Assembly (NCBI GenBank): GCA_003455995.1
Contig: DMPO01000011.1
Span: 1 to 39,065, forward strand
Direction: 5' to 3'
Source: Candidatus Azambacteria bacterium
GTDB lineage: Bacteria; Patescibacteriota; Minisyncoccia; UBA10092
Length of the DNA stretch: 39,065 nt
Shown: piece by piece, positions 24,340 to 33,108 of the stretch
Position numbering within the stretch: the stretch's first letter is position 1
Layout of the letters: each line of letters begins with the position of its first letter
The notes under the pieces: model-generated
The model's input: only the letters and a program-made list of their open reading frames with translations
The model's database searches: none
What the model was told of the DNA's origin: nothing
Program-made: the position numbers and the translations under genes

Positions 24340-25335
24340 CTATCTGGCGGGTAACGGAATTGGTTTTTCAAATGGCTGCGGCCCAAAGGTCGCCGTTTGT
24401 GTCTCGCATACTCGTCCTTTATCATGTCTCGCCCATTTAGTGGAATAGTAACCAGCAGAAAATTCATCCAAAGTAGACATTGCAAATTCGCCGCAAAGTT
24501 CATATGTGGAAGAATTATCAATTTCCGCGCCTTGATCGATTATTGAATACTCATAATCCTGTTTGGTTTCAGGATCTCCGATTCTTGAAACGCAATAGGC
24601 ATACCGCGCATTACTTCCTAATTCATTCAAATCTTTGGGCAGGCGCACATTGTCATATGCAAAAGAATTAATACATGAAGATAATTCTTGTAAAGCGCCT
24701 GTTCGCTGAAGATCAAGATTTCTAATACGCGCCTCCTTAGGCGTGCCCCCCACGACAAAACCAAAAATAATGGCCAGAATTACCAATATACTCGCCATGC
24801 TTCCAATTGCCCAAAACAAACCCGAAGAAATATCTTTTTTATATTGAATTTTTTTTCTTTCAAAAAAGTAAAAACTAAAAACTATGCCTGCTATGGCTAA
24901 AAGCGTCAGCGCTTTCAATAAAAATCTTGAACTGTATTCGCCTTGTAGAAAATTATACACTATGGTAATTAAGTCACCGATTATAACGCCGCCGGCAATT
25001 AACAAGACAATGTAAGTGAGAAATGTTGATAGTTTAGATGCTATTTTTTCTGGTAAATTCTTAAAACTTCTGAACCAGAACCAAGTCATCCAGAGATAAA
25101 TTGGAAAACCAATAATCAATGATGCCATTGCATAACGCATTTCAGACGCATCAAAATTGTTTAAGTTGTAATTCCTATACATACCAGAAAGAACATCGGG
25201 AAAATGTTTATTGATTACTTGAAAATACAAAATACCCGTTGCAGTCGCAATAACCCCAAGTAAAATAAAAGACAAAAAATTAATTACAATTTCCACCGCG
25301 CTATTTCTAATTTCTTGTTTGTTTAATTCTTCCAT
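24340..25335 (-). CDS. membrane protein (DUF5671-like) with C-terminal extracytoplasmic domain
   Basis: About 5 TM helices, GTPKEAR...DLQR, DPET, YELC, Cys-containing C terminus; family recognised by eye. Confidence 0.7.
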   Translation of the reverse strand: MEELNKQEIRNSAVEIVINFLSFILLGVIATATGILYFQVINKHFPDVLSGMYRNYNLNNFDASEMRYAMASLIIGFPIYLWMTWFWFRSFKNLPEKIASKLSTFLTYIVLLIAGGVIIGDLITIVYNFLQGEYSSRFLLKALTLLAIAGIVFSFYFFERKKIQYKKDISSGLFWAIGSMASILVILAIIFGFVVGGTPKEARIRNLDLQRTGALQELSSCINSFAYDNVRLPKDLNELGSNARYAYCVSRIGDPETKQDYEYSIIDQGAEIDNSSTYELCGEFAMSTLDEFSAGYYSTKWARHDKGRVCETQTATFGPQPFEKPIPLPAR

Positions 25336-25382
25336 ATTTTTTTATTAATAATATATTTTTAAGTGGAAAGCTCAAAAGTTTT

Positions 25383-26141
25383 TTATTGAGAAAGCCATCC
25401 GCCATCGACATAGATAGTGGTGCCGGTTATATAACTGGCTTCCTCCGACGCCAGAAAAATCACAGCGGCGGAAACCTCTTCCGGTTTGCCGATTCTTTTT
25501 AGTGGGATTCTTTCTGTATACTTCTTTAACTCTTCTGTTTCAGCTCCAGATTGGAGCATAGGGGCGTCAATCGCTCCCGGAGCAATAGCGTTCACATTTA
25601 TGCCCAAAGACGCTAATTCAATAGCTAATGTTTCGGTCATCCCTATTATCCCGCCCTTGGAAGCGGTGTAATGAGCGCCCCATTCAATCCCTACACCAAC
25701 CTGCCCTGAAGCAATTGAAGAAATATTAATAATTCGCCCCCAATTATTTTTGGCCATTTCTTTTGCGGCGCGCTGGGCGCATAAAAATTCTCCCTTGAGA
25801 TTTATATTTATCGTTTTGTCCCAGTCCTCTTCCGTTATTTCTAAGGCCGGTTTTGGAGCAAAAATTCCCGCATTGTTCACCAAAATGTCCAAACGGCCGA
25901 ATTGTTTGATGACCGCGTCAAAGACGGCATCCACATCGGCTTTGCTGGAAACATCCATCTTAAAAGCCGCCGCCTCTCCTCCCGCGGTTTTTATTTCATC
26001 AACCACCAATTGGCATTCTTCTTGGCTGATATCGGTTACCGCCACTTTCGCGCCCTGACGCGCCAAAACCAAGGCATGGCTTTTACCCATCCCCCGTCTC
26101 GCTCCGGTCACCAAAGCGACTTTGCCCGTTAAATCAAACAT
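25383..26141 (-). CDS. short-chain dehydrogenase/reductase (FabG-like)
   Basis: TGARRGMG, NNAG, YTASK (YxxxK), VDGG. Confidence 0.93.
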   Translation of the reverse strand: MFDLTGKVALVTGARRGMGKSHALVLARQGAKVAVTDISQEECQLVVDEIKTAGGEAAAFKMDVSSKADVDAVFDAVIKQFGRLDILVNNAGIFAPKPALEITEEDWDKTININLKGEFLCAQRAAKEMAKNNWGRIINISSIASGQVGVGIEWGAHYTASKGGIIGMTETLAIELASLGINVNAIAPGAIDAPMLQSGAETEELKKYTERIPLKRIGKPEEVSAAVIFLASEEASYITGTTIYVDGGWLSQ

Positions 26142-26222
26142 AAAATTAAATTAATTTTAACTATATTGATTATAACTGGCAACGAGGAAAAAGAAAAGAT
26201 AAAAAAACCACACCTCTACCCC

Positions 26223-26243
26223 TGTATCGATGTATTAATACAT
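26223..26243. promoter_or_regulatory. palindromic operator-like repeat, copy 1
   Basis: TGTATCGATGTATTAATACAT, identical in 3 places; 14-bp palindrome ATGTATTAATACAT. Confidence 0.75.
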
Positions 26244-26278
26244 AGTAACAGATATGAAAAACTTTTTCGCAAAATAAA

Positions 26279-26297
26279 GCCGCGTTAACAACGCGGC
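26279..26297 (-). terminator. intrinsic terminator after the 98-aa ORF
   Basis: GCCGCGTT-3nt-AACGCGGC followed by TTTATTTT on the minus strand. Confidence 0.65.
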
Positions 26298-26322
26298 AAT
26301 TTTAACTTTGACAGAAAAAATT

Positions 26323-26619
26323 TTATTTTTTTCTAAATACTTTATTTTGGTTTTTTCCCATGTCAACTATGCGTCCTTTTTCGTAAGAATCACATTTTCC
26401 AAAGGGAACCGTCCCTCCAAAATAACCTCGGTCATCCAATGTCAAGCCGCATAACAGACCATACAGATACACTGCAAACTTACAATTAAGACAGCATTGG
26501 ATTTTCGGTTTTGTTATACGATAATTAGGGACACGCAAATCATTTGCTATGGGCAAATGCTCATCGTAAGACACTACCTCTATCGTTTTGTCTTCTATTT
26601 CAAAAATACTTTTTCCCAT
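26323..26619 (-). CDS. small Cys-rich hypothetical protein
   Basis: 98 aa, strong SD GAGGAGG, CCLNC...C...C, own terminator. Confidence 0.75.
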   Translation of the reverse strand: MGKSIFEIEDKTIEVVSYDEHLPIANDLRVPNYRITKPKIQCCLNCKFAVYLYGLLCGLTLDDRGYFGGTVPFGKCDSYEKGRIVDMGKNQNKVFRKK

Positions 26620-26717
26620 TTTTTCCTCCTCTTTAATTGTTATGGAACTTTTTTTCGATTTCAGATATCCTAAACAATTTTACTAAATAAGTCAACAAAA
26701 ACTTCCCGCCCTAATCT

Positions 26718-26738
26718 TGTATCGATGTATTAATACAT
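26718..26738. promoter_or_regulatory. palindromic operator-like repeat, copy 2
   Basis: Same 21-mer; extends to ATCTTGTAT-CG-ATGTATTAATACAT-AA-ATACAAGAT. Confidence 0.75.
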
Positions 26739-26773
26739 AAATACAAGATAAATAAAAAGTTTTATTTCAAATA

Positions 26774-27196
26774 TCACTTCAGCCAGTTTGCTCTGCCTTT
26801 CATGTCATTTTTTTGAGGAGGGACAAAACTAACCAATTTTCCTATAAATTTATCAAATTGTTTTTCGAGTTTTTTCAGTTCGTTTCGTTTTTCCAATTTC
26901 TTAATGAATAATTCATAGCTCCCTTCCGTTTTATCCATTGCCTCTTTTATTTTACCAACGGTTGCCGTGCTAACTTTTAGAGCGTCACTAATGTCGCGAT
27001 AGTTATAATTCTTACTCAATAGAAAAGCGATCGCTAATCTTTTTGCCAGCATTATTTTTTCTGTTTTGGTCAAAAGTCCATTCAAAAAATTTCTGATATC
27101 GGAATCATTATCCAATCGCGCCAATAACCACCATAAAGTGGCTTGGATTTCATAATTGCTTTCTTTGCTTAATGGGTTCTTAGAAACTTGGCTCAT
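26774..27196 (-). CDS. TrpR-like (YerC/YecD-related) HTH regulator
   Basis: FLNGLLTKTEKIMLAKRL, YRDISDALKVSTATV HTH. Confidence 0.85.
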   Translation of the reverse strand: MSQVSKNPLSKESNYEIQATLWWLLARLDNDSDIRNFLNGLLTKTEKIMLAKRLAIAFLLSKNYNYRDISDALKVSTATVGKIKEAMDKTEGSYELFIKKLEKRNELKKLEKQFDKFIGKLVSFVPPQKNDMKGRANWLK

Positions 27197-27205
27197 AATT
27201 ATCTC

Positions 27206-27226
27206 TGTATCGATGTATTAATACAT
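27206..27226. promoter_or_regulatory. palindromic operator-like repeat, copy 3
   Basis: Same 21-mer, 9 nt upstream of the TrpR-like ATG. Confidence 0.78.
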
Positions 27227-27266
27227 GATAACAGAAATTGAAATGATTTTAATTTTATACTTTGTG

Positions 27267-29525
27267 TTACACTTTAAATCTTTTGAGGCGCAAAGAGTTG
27301 AGGACGACGGAGACCGAAGATAAAGCCATGGCGGCGCCGGCTAACATGGGGTTCAAAAGAACGCCCCAAATAGGGTATAAAACACCAGCCGCCACCGGAA
27401 TTAAAATGGCATTGTAAATATATGCCCAAAAAAGATTTTGTTTGATGTTTCGCAAGGTGCTCCGGCTTAATTTTATCGCTTCGTAAATCCCCATCGGATC
27501 GCCGGAGATTAAAGTAATGTCGCTTGATTCAATGGCGATATCGGTGCCAGTGCCAATGGCAATGCCGACATCGGCTTGAGTAAGCGCCGGCGCATCATTG
27601 ATGCCGTCGCCAACCATGGCGACCTTCTTGCCATTGGCTTGTAGCGTTTTAATTTTTTCCGATTTTTCATTAGGCAGAACTTTTGCCATTATATTTTTTA
27701 TACCAACCTGATTGCCGATGGCTTCGGCCGTCCGCTCGTTGTCTCCGGTAAGCATCCACACTTCCAATCCCAAATTTTGCAATAATTTTATTGATTCTGC
27801 GGCGCTTTCTTTTAATGTATCGGCGACGGCGACGGCACCAAGCAATTCATTCGACGCTAAAATTATTACCGTCTTCCCTTCCCTTTCAATCTTCTGAATT
27901 TTATTTTCCCGTTCTTGGGAAATTTCTATATTTTTCTCAGCCAACAACGCCCTGTTGCCGAAAAAGAATTTCTTTGTTTCGCCATCGGCAATGATATCGC
28001 CTTCCAATCCTTTGCCAGATATAGCTTGAAAATTTTCAATTTTGAAAAGTTTAATTTTTCCGCTTTCGGCCGCGTCCCTTATAGCCCTATCAAGAGGATG
28101 AGAGGATGTTTTTCCCAAACTCGCCGCGTAAGAAACAATGGCTTTAGCTATGGGATGTTCTGATAATTTTTCAAGCGAAGCGGCCACATGCAAAATATCT
28201 TCGCCTATTTTTTCATTAAAAACCATAATATCGGTAACCGACGGTTCGCCCTTGGTTAGAGTTCCTGTTTTATCCAAAACAACGGTCGTTACCTTGCCCG
28301 CCAACTCCAGCGCTTCGGCATCTTTTATGATAATGCCGCGCTCCGCCGCTTTGCCCGTGCCGACCATAATCGAAGTCGGCGTCGCCAGCCCGAGCGCGCA
28401 AGGACAGGCCACCACCAAAACCGCCACCGCGTTAACTAACGCGAAACTTAAAGACGGAGCCGCGCCATAAATAAACCAAACAACGAACGAACCGACGGAA
28501 ATCGCCAAAACAACCGGCACAAAATATCCGGTGATTTGGTCCGCCAGTTTTTGAATCGGCGCTTTTGACGATTGCGCTTCTTCAACCAATTTTATTATCC
28601 GCGCCAAAAATGTCTCTTTGCCCACTTTAGTCGCCTTGAATTTGAAAGCTCCCATTTTGTTGATGGTGGCGCCAATAACCGCGTCGCCCGCTTTTTTATC
28701 AACCGGCATTGACTCGCCGGTAACCATTGATTCATCAATCGCCGAAGCGCCCTCAATAATAACGCCGTCAACCGGAACTTTTTCGCCGGGCTTAACCAAA
28801 ATAATATCGCCGACTTTCACATCTTCAATCGGCATTTCCATTTCCTTGCCGTTCTCGTGGATGACATGGGCCGTTTTCGCCTGTAATCTTAAAAGTTTTT
28901 TAATCGCTTCCGAGGCCGATCCTTTGGCCTTGGCTTCCAAGTATTTGCCCAAAAGAACCAATGTCGTGACAACAGCGGCAACATCAAAATAAACTTCAAA
29001 CGGCAATCTGAAAATCGCAATAATAGCGCTATAAATAAACGCCGCGCCGGTGCCGAGCGCCACCAGCGTATCCATATTGGCCGTCAGATTTTTAAGGCCG
29101 AACCAGGCGCCCCGCCAAAATTGCCGGCCGACCCAAAATTCTATCGGCGCCGTTAAAACTAAAAGCGTTAAATAGCGCCACGACTCGGGAATAATCGCCG
29201 TAAAACTGAAAAGCATAACCAGAACGGACAAAACGGCGCCAATAATAAATTTCTTTTTCAAAAGCGCAATTTCCGCTTCTTTCAGCATTTTATGATGGTC
29301 GTGCTCTCCCGCTGTCACAATTAATTTATATCCGGTTTTAGCCACCGCGACCTCCATCAATTCCGGAGTAGCCGGTTCTTCGTATTCTATGGCCGCTTTT
29401 TCCGACACCGAATTCACCGATACGTTTTTAACGCCCGGAACTTTTTTCAATGCCTGTTCAATCGTAATCGCGCAGGAGACGCAGTGCATTCCCTGAACTG
29501 AAAAATTTTCTTTTTTTACCATCAT
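27267..29525 (-). CDS. copA: copper-translocating P1B-type ATPase
   Basis: GMHCVSC HMA, TGES, CPCALGLATP, DKTGT, GDGINDAPAL, YN and MALSS Cu(I) signatures. Confidence 0.93.
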   Translation of the reverse strand: MMVKKENFSVQGMHCVSCAITIEQALKKVPGVKNVSVNSVSEKAAIEYEEPATPELMEVAVAKTGYKLIVTAGEHDHHKMLKEAEIALLKKKFIIGAVLSVLVMLFSFTAIIPESWRYLTLLVLTAPIEFWVGRQFWRGAWFGLKNLTANMDTLVALGTGAAFIYSAIIAIFRLPFEVYFDVAAVVTTLVLLGKYLEAKAKGSASEAIKKLLRLQAKTAHVIHENGKEMEMPIEDVKVGDIILVKPGEKVPVDGVIIEGASAIDESMVTGESMPVDKKAGDAVIGATINKMGAFKFKATKVGKETFLARIIKLVEEAQSSKAPIQKLADQITGYFVPVVLAISVGSFVVWFIYGAAPSLSFALVNAVAVLVVACPCALGLATPTSIMVGTGKAAERGIIIKDAEALELAGKVTTVVLDKTGTLTKGEPSVTDIMVFNEKIGEDILHVAASLEKLSEHPIAKAIVSYAASLGKTSSHPLDRAIRDAAESGKIKLFKIENFQAISGKGLEGDIIADGETKKFFFGNRALLAEKNIEISQERENKIQKIEREGKTVIILASNELLGAVAVADTLKESAAESIKLLQNLGLEVWMLTGDNERTAEAIGNQVGIKNIMAKVLPNEKSEKIKTLQANGKKVAMVGDGINDAPALTQADVGIAIGTGTDIAIESSDITLISGDPMGIYEAIKLSRSTLRNIKQNLFWAYIYNAILIPVAAGVLYPIWGVLLNPMLAGAAMALSSVSVVLNSLRLKRFKV

Positions 29526-29546
29526 TTTTTTATTATACCACAAGCG

Positions 29547-30404
29547 TCAAACTCCGCAGCTGCCGCCGCCCTGATTTTGTTCGCGAGGCAAAGCGCTTTC
29601 AACTTTGGCGTATCCCGAACCGCTTGAATAATTGACGCCCAAAATTTCTTTGGCATCGGCATCTTGAAATTTTTTTCCTTTCGATTCAAGATATTTCGCT
29701 ATCGTGGCGTATTGATCGGGAAACCAGAATAAATTTACTTGCAATGCCGTTTTATACATCTCGTCTTCGCCGATTCCCTGCGACGCCATCAATTCCAAAA
29801 GCCCGAGCATCGCCATACCGTGATTGCAATCGGGAAAGTATGTCGAATTGTTGCAACAAGGCCGATAAATATTCTTGCTCACTCTTTCAACCAGCGCCCG
29901 CTGTTCCGGCGTAAGAGTAATAAACAAGTGTTTGCCATAGTGTCCCATGGCATTCCCCTTCGCCAGTGTCCATCCGCCGGTGGAAGCGAATCCGCCGGCG
30001 CCACCATATTTCGGATCGGCCATCGGTCCTTTTTCAAGAATTTCATTTTTATTGCCCAGTCCCAACGCCCAAAGCAAATTCAATAGGATGCCGGAGTTTT
30101 CTTGATTGATTATCAGTTTACCGTTTTGCGAATCGTCGAGCAGTTTTTTATCTTCATCGTTTAATCCGCCGCGATTGGCATAGGCGGACTCAAATTGATC
30201 GCGATCAATTATCCCGGCGCTTGTCATTTGCGCGCCAAGATTGCCCCAAACAACCGGCAGTTCTACCGTTTGAGCAACAATCGGCGCGCTTACGCTACTA
30301 TCCTTCGCGCTCGGAATAAGTTTTTGATTCGCGCTTGTCCAGCCATAAGCGATAATGACGGCTGAAAGTATTATGCTTGCGGGTATCAGATAATTTTTTT
30401 CCAT
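29547..30404 (-). CDS. exported Cys/His-motif hypothetical protein in the copper cluster
   Basis: N-terminal TM/signal; RPCC...PDCNHG; C-terminal GGGSCGV. Confidence 0.75.
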   Translation of the reverse strand: MEKNYLIPASIILSAVIIAYGWTSANQKLIPSAKDSSVSAPIVAQTVELPVVWGNLGAQMTSAGIIDRDQFESAYANRGGLNDEDKKLLDDSQNGKLIINQENSGILLNLLWALGLGNKNEILEKGPMADPKYGGAGGFASTGGWTLAKGNAMGHYGKHLFITLTPEQRALVERVSKNIYRPCCNNSTYFPDCNHGMAMLGLLELMASQGIGEDEMYKTALQVNLFWFPDQYATIAKYLESKGKKFQDADAKEILGVNYSSGSGYAKVESALPREQNQGGGSCGV

Positions 30405-30410
30405 TTTATT

Positions 30411-31190
30411 TTATACGAGAAAAATTATAATTCCTAAGATAATCATGGCGATACCGCTCCATAATTTTATATTGCCCCTTTCCGCTATTTGCCATTCCTG
30501 AACTTTATCAAGCGTTTTTTTGTCGCTGGCAATAAAAAGCATGATAACCAGCGGCAGAACAAAAAGAAAATTGTACAAAATCAAATAGCCCATGCCCTGC
30601 CAATAAGCGGCGGTATCGTGCAGCAATCCCAGCACCATCACATATGCCCCGCCACTGCATGGCAAAGCGCAAATGCCCACCAAGCCACCCAAAAGAAACG
30701 CGGCGGCCAGCGAACTTTTCTCCATCAACTCCCCCATCTTTTTGTGCGCGATTTGCGGCACGCCAATTTTTATCGGAAATTTCGGAAACGCGATATTGAT
30801 CAGATTTATCGCCCCAAGAGCGATGAGAATAACGGCACCGGCTTTAGCCATAAAATACGGCACATCGAAAAGATGGAATGCCTGCAGAACGCCCATGCCG
30901 ATCAAAACATACGCCAGAAAAATCCCGAAAATATACATCCCTCCGATTTTCAAGATGCCGGCGCGCAATTGCCCGACGCTGAAAAGAAAAGCAATGGTAA
31001 CCAGCAGAATCGAAAAAGCGCACGGATGGACGCTGTTCACGATGGCCGAAGCGACTACCAATGGAAAAAGAAACTTTCCTCCGCCGGACAAATTCCAAAG
31101 CATCGGCGCGCTTTTCATCGAGCCGAAAAACAGCGCGACGGCGGCAAAAACAACCGCGATGCCGATTAACCAAAACAGTTTGTTTTTCAT
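30411..31190 (-). CDS. CcdA/DsbD-transmembrane-like protein
   Basis: Multi-TM with HPCAF and LPCSGG membrane Cys pair. Confidence 0.75.
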   Translation of the reverse strand: MKNKLFWLIGIAVVFAAVALFFGSMKSAPMLWNLSGGGKFLFPLVVASAIVNSVHPCAFSILLVTIAFLFSVGQLRAGILKIGGMYIFGIFLAYVLIGMGVLQAFHLFDVPYFMAKAGAVILIALGAINLINIAFPKFPIKIGVPQIAHKKMGELMEKSSLAAAFLLGGLVGICALPCSGGAYVMVLGLLHDTAAYWQGMGYLILYNFLFVLPLVIMLFIASDKKTLDKVQEWQIAERGNIKLWSGIAMIILGIIIFLV

Positions 31191-31699
31191 GGCGTTACGA
31201 CGGCCTTAAATTGCAATGATATGGGCAATTTATCCGCGCCCGTAAAAATTATTATTTGTCTCTCAATGGGACCGACACCGGACGGACCATGAGCCGACGG
31301 ATCGAAAATCGCTTTAACGGTTAGTGTTTCGCCCGGCTTCACTTCCAAGTTGGCTTTACGTCCGCCTCCGTGCCCCTGCATGCCGAACGGGCCAGCGGTT
31401 TTATCGCCCGTTTTCAACTCAGCTTCGGTGCACATGCAGGAAGTAAACACTTCGCCGACTAAAATGATATTGAAGTTTTTGTTTTCCAATAAAAATTCCT
31501 TAGCGACTTTTCCTTTGGACATGGATATGGTTCCGAAATCGTATGCCAATTCTTTGGCCGTCAGATCTTCATTCTTTTTAACTTCCGCCGCGGTTGACGG
31601 CGCGTCCTGTTTTTTACCATTGGTCAGCAACACTAGACCGGTAATGACCACGGCGATGATTCCCAATAATATTACAATTTGTTTAATTTGCTCTTTCAT
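31187..31699 (-). CDS. DUF1573-like exported Ig-fold protein
   Basis: TM anchor, YDFGTI, TSCMCT, FDPSAHGPSGVG. Confidence 0.75.
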   Translation of the reverse strand: MKEQIKQIVILLGIIAVVITGLVLLTNGKKQDAPSTAAEVKKNEDLTAKELAYDFGTISMSKGKVAKEFLLENKNFNIILVGEVFTSCMCTEAELKTGDKTAGPFGMQGHGGGRKANLEVKPGETLTVKAIFDPSAHGPSGVGPIERQIIIFTGADKLPISLQFKAVVTP

Positions 31700-31793
31700 A
31701 TTTTTGATAATTAGTTAATGACAAAAATCCCTCTACTCAAGGGAACTTGAAACGCAGACAAAAATCGCAGAAAAACGATTATATATCCGCGCT

Positions 31794-32177
31794 TTATATG
31801 GTGTTCGGACTATTTTCAAAAAGAGAAAGCCAAGAAATTTGCCTGCGCTTATTGATGCTACCTATTTCAAAAAATCGGCTTACAAAAACTTTACTTGTTT
31901 CTTTTGAATAAAAACTTTTGAAATAAAAAACAAAAGAAATAAAAACCGCCGCGGATAATAGCATTGAAAAAATCACCGTCAGAAAAGTTTCGGAAAAACT
32001 TCTAAGAAAATCCGCGTGAATTCCGATATAAGCCAATGCGTCAAATTGAGGGCAAACCATGCCGGCCGCCCGGGACGCGACGCAATCGCCATGTAGATCC
32101 ATGGTTAATAAACCGATCACAGCGCCGCCTATAAGTCCGGCAACCAATAAAATTGTCAGAAGTGATTTCATAAGCAA
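31794..32177 (-). CDS. hypothetical membrane protein, first gene of the copper cluster
   Basis: Two hydrophobic segments flanking H-x2-C-x9-C...H; C terminus WLSLFENSP. Confidence 0.7.
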   Translation of the reverse strand: MLMKSLLTILLVAGLIGGAVIGLLTMDLHGDCVASRAAGMVCPQFDALAYIGIHADFLRSFSETFLTVIFSMLLSAAVFISFVFYFKSFYSKETSKVFVSRFFEIGSINKRRQISWLSLFENSPNTI

Positions 32178-32322
32178 TTAAATGCTAACACAAACGCTAT
32201 TTTCGGGCAATGAATTTACTGCGATAAATCGGCCGACGCTTTCTTTTTACTGAAAATATAAATATATAGAATTTCCAAAATCCCGATATTTTATTATATC
32301 AAATTTCCAAAAAACTATCTAC

Positions 32323-32331
32323 TTATCCACA
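32323..32331 (+). promoter_or_regulatory. single consensus DnaA box
   Basis: TTATCCACA, intergenic. Confidence 0.5.
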
Positions 32332-32353
32332 CCCCTAAAATTTACGCATAAAA

Positions 32354-32593
32354 CTATTGATTCTTGGAATCAATAGTGAGAATTTCAACTATCTTTTGGC
32401 GGGAAGAGTGGCCGATGATGATATTTACCGACGAAACCGGAACGCCGAACTGCTGCGCCAGCGCTTTCACAACCGCCGCGTTCGCCCTGCCTTTCATCGG
32501 CGGTTCTTTAACGCAAATCTCAAAATTGGTCTCGCTCAATTTTTTTATTTTTTCCTCCTTCGCATTCGGCTTCACCTTAACAAATATTTTCAT
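32354..32593 (-). CDS. DUF167 / YggU-family protein
   Basis: VKVKPNAK, PPMKGRAN, GHSSRQK. Confidence 0.9.
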   Translation of the reverse strand: MKIFVKVKPNAKEEKIKKLSETNFEICVKEPPMKGRANAAVVKALAQQFGVPVSSVNIIIGHSSRQKIVEILTIDSKNQ

Positions 32594-32597
32594 GGAT

Positions 32598-33101
32598 TTA
32601 TCGTTTTTTGGATCTGTAGCGGTGGATTAAGTAACTGTAAAGCAAAATCAGAACGATCCAGTTGATGGTAAAAAATGGCTGGCTGGCCCACAGAACGCCG
32701 TCAAATGTGTATGAGGAAAATGGGAAAAGGAATGGCGTCGGAAAAAATGTATTATTATGGGTCGGAATATCCAATAAAATATGGAGTCCCCACGCCAGCA
32801 TTTCCAGCATCGGTTTTTTCCGGATAAACCAAACGACAATAAACGCGGCGGCGAAAATAAAAATGCTGTGCGTGAAATTATAAAGCGTGTGGACATACGA
32901 TGGCGAAGTGTCCCTGACTGGCGGTTCAAAAACGGTAAAATCAATTTTGCCCAAACCGAACTGAACCAATAAAATCGTAAACGGCAAAAAGAAAGCTAAC
33001 ACATCCGGGGCAACACCAAAAGCAAACGCTTTCCAAAAACTTTTTTTTGAATTGCCATAAAACCCCGCCCCGCCGTATAGTCCGTGGGAAAATACATCCA
33101 T
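32598..33101 (-). CDS. putative membrane-bound metal-dependent hydrolase (YdjM-like)
   Basis: SH near the N terminus, PD, THS, HILLD motifs in a multi-TM protein. Confidence 0.7.
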   Translation of the reverse strand: MDVFSHGLYGGAGFYGNSKKSFWKAFAFGVAPDVLAFFLPFTILLVQFGLGKIDFTVFEPPVRDTSPSYVHTLYNFTHSIFIFAAAFIVVWFIRKKPMLEMLAWGLHILLDIPTHNNTFFPTPFLFPFSSYTFDGVLWASQPFFTINWIVLILLYSYLIHRYRSKKR

Positions 33102-33108
33102 AATTTTT

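Noticed and set aside
26223-27226. Three identical repeats as a CRISPR array
   Set aside because: Intervals are about 470 bp and contain genes; no cas genes in the window.
29224-29235. ACGGACAAAA match to the TR/VR 3' end inside copA, as a second VR
   Set aside because: Only about 10 nt match with no extension; no second VR was found by eye in this window.
30489-31209. Long + strand ORFs (226 and 178 aa) opposite the CcdA-like gene
   Set aside because: Typical antisense shadows of a hydrophobic, GC-richer gene; the minus-strand gene fits the operon.
32178-32353. Replication origin
   Set aside because: Only one DnaA box and no dnaA/dnaN nearby.
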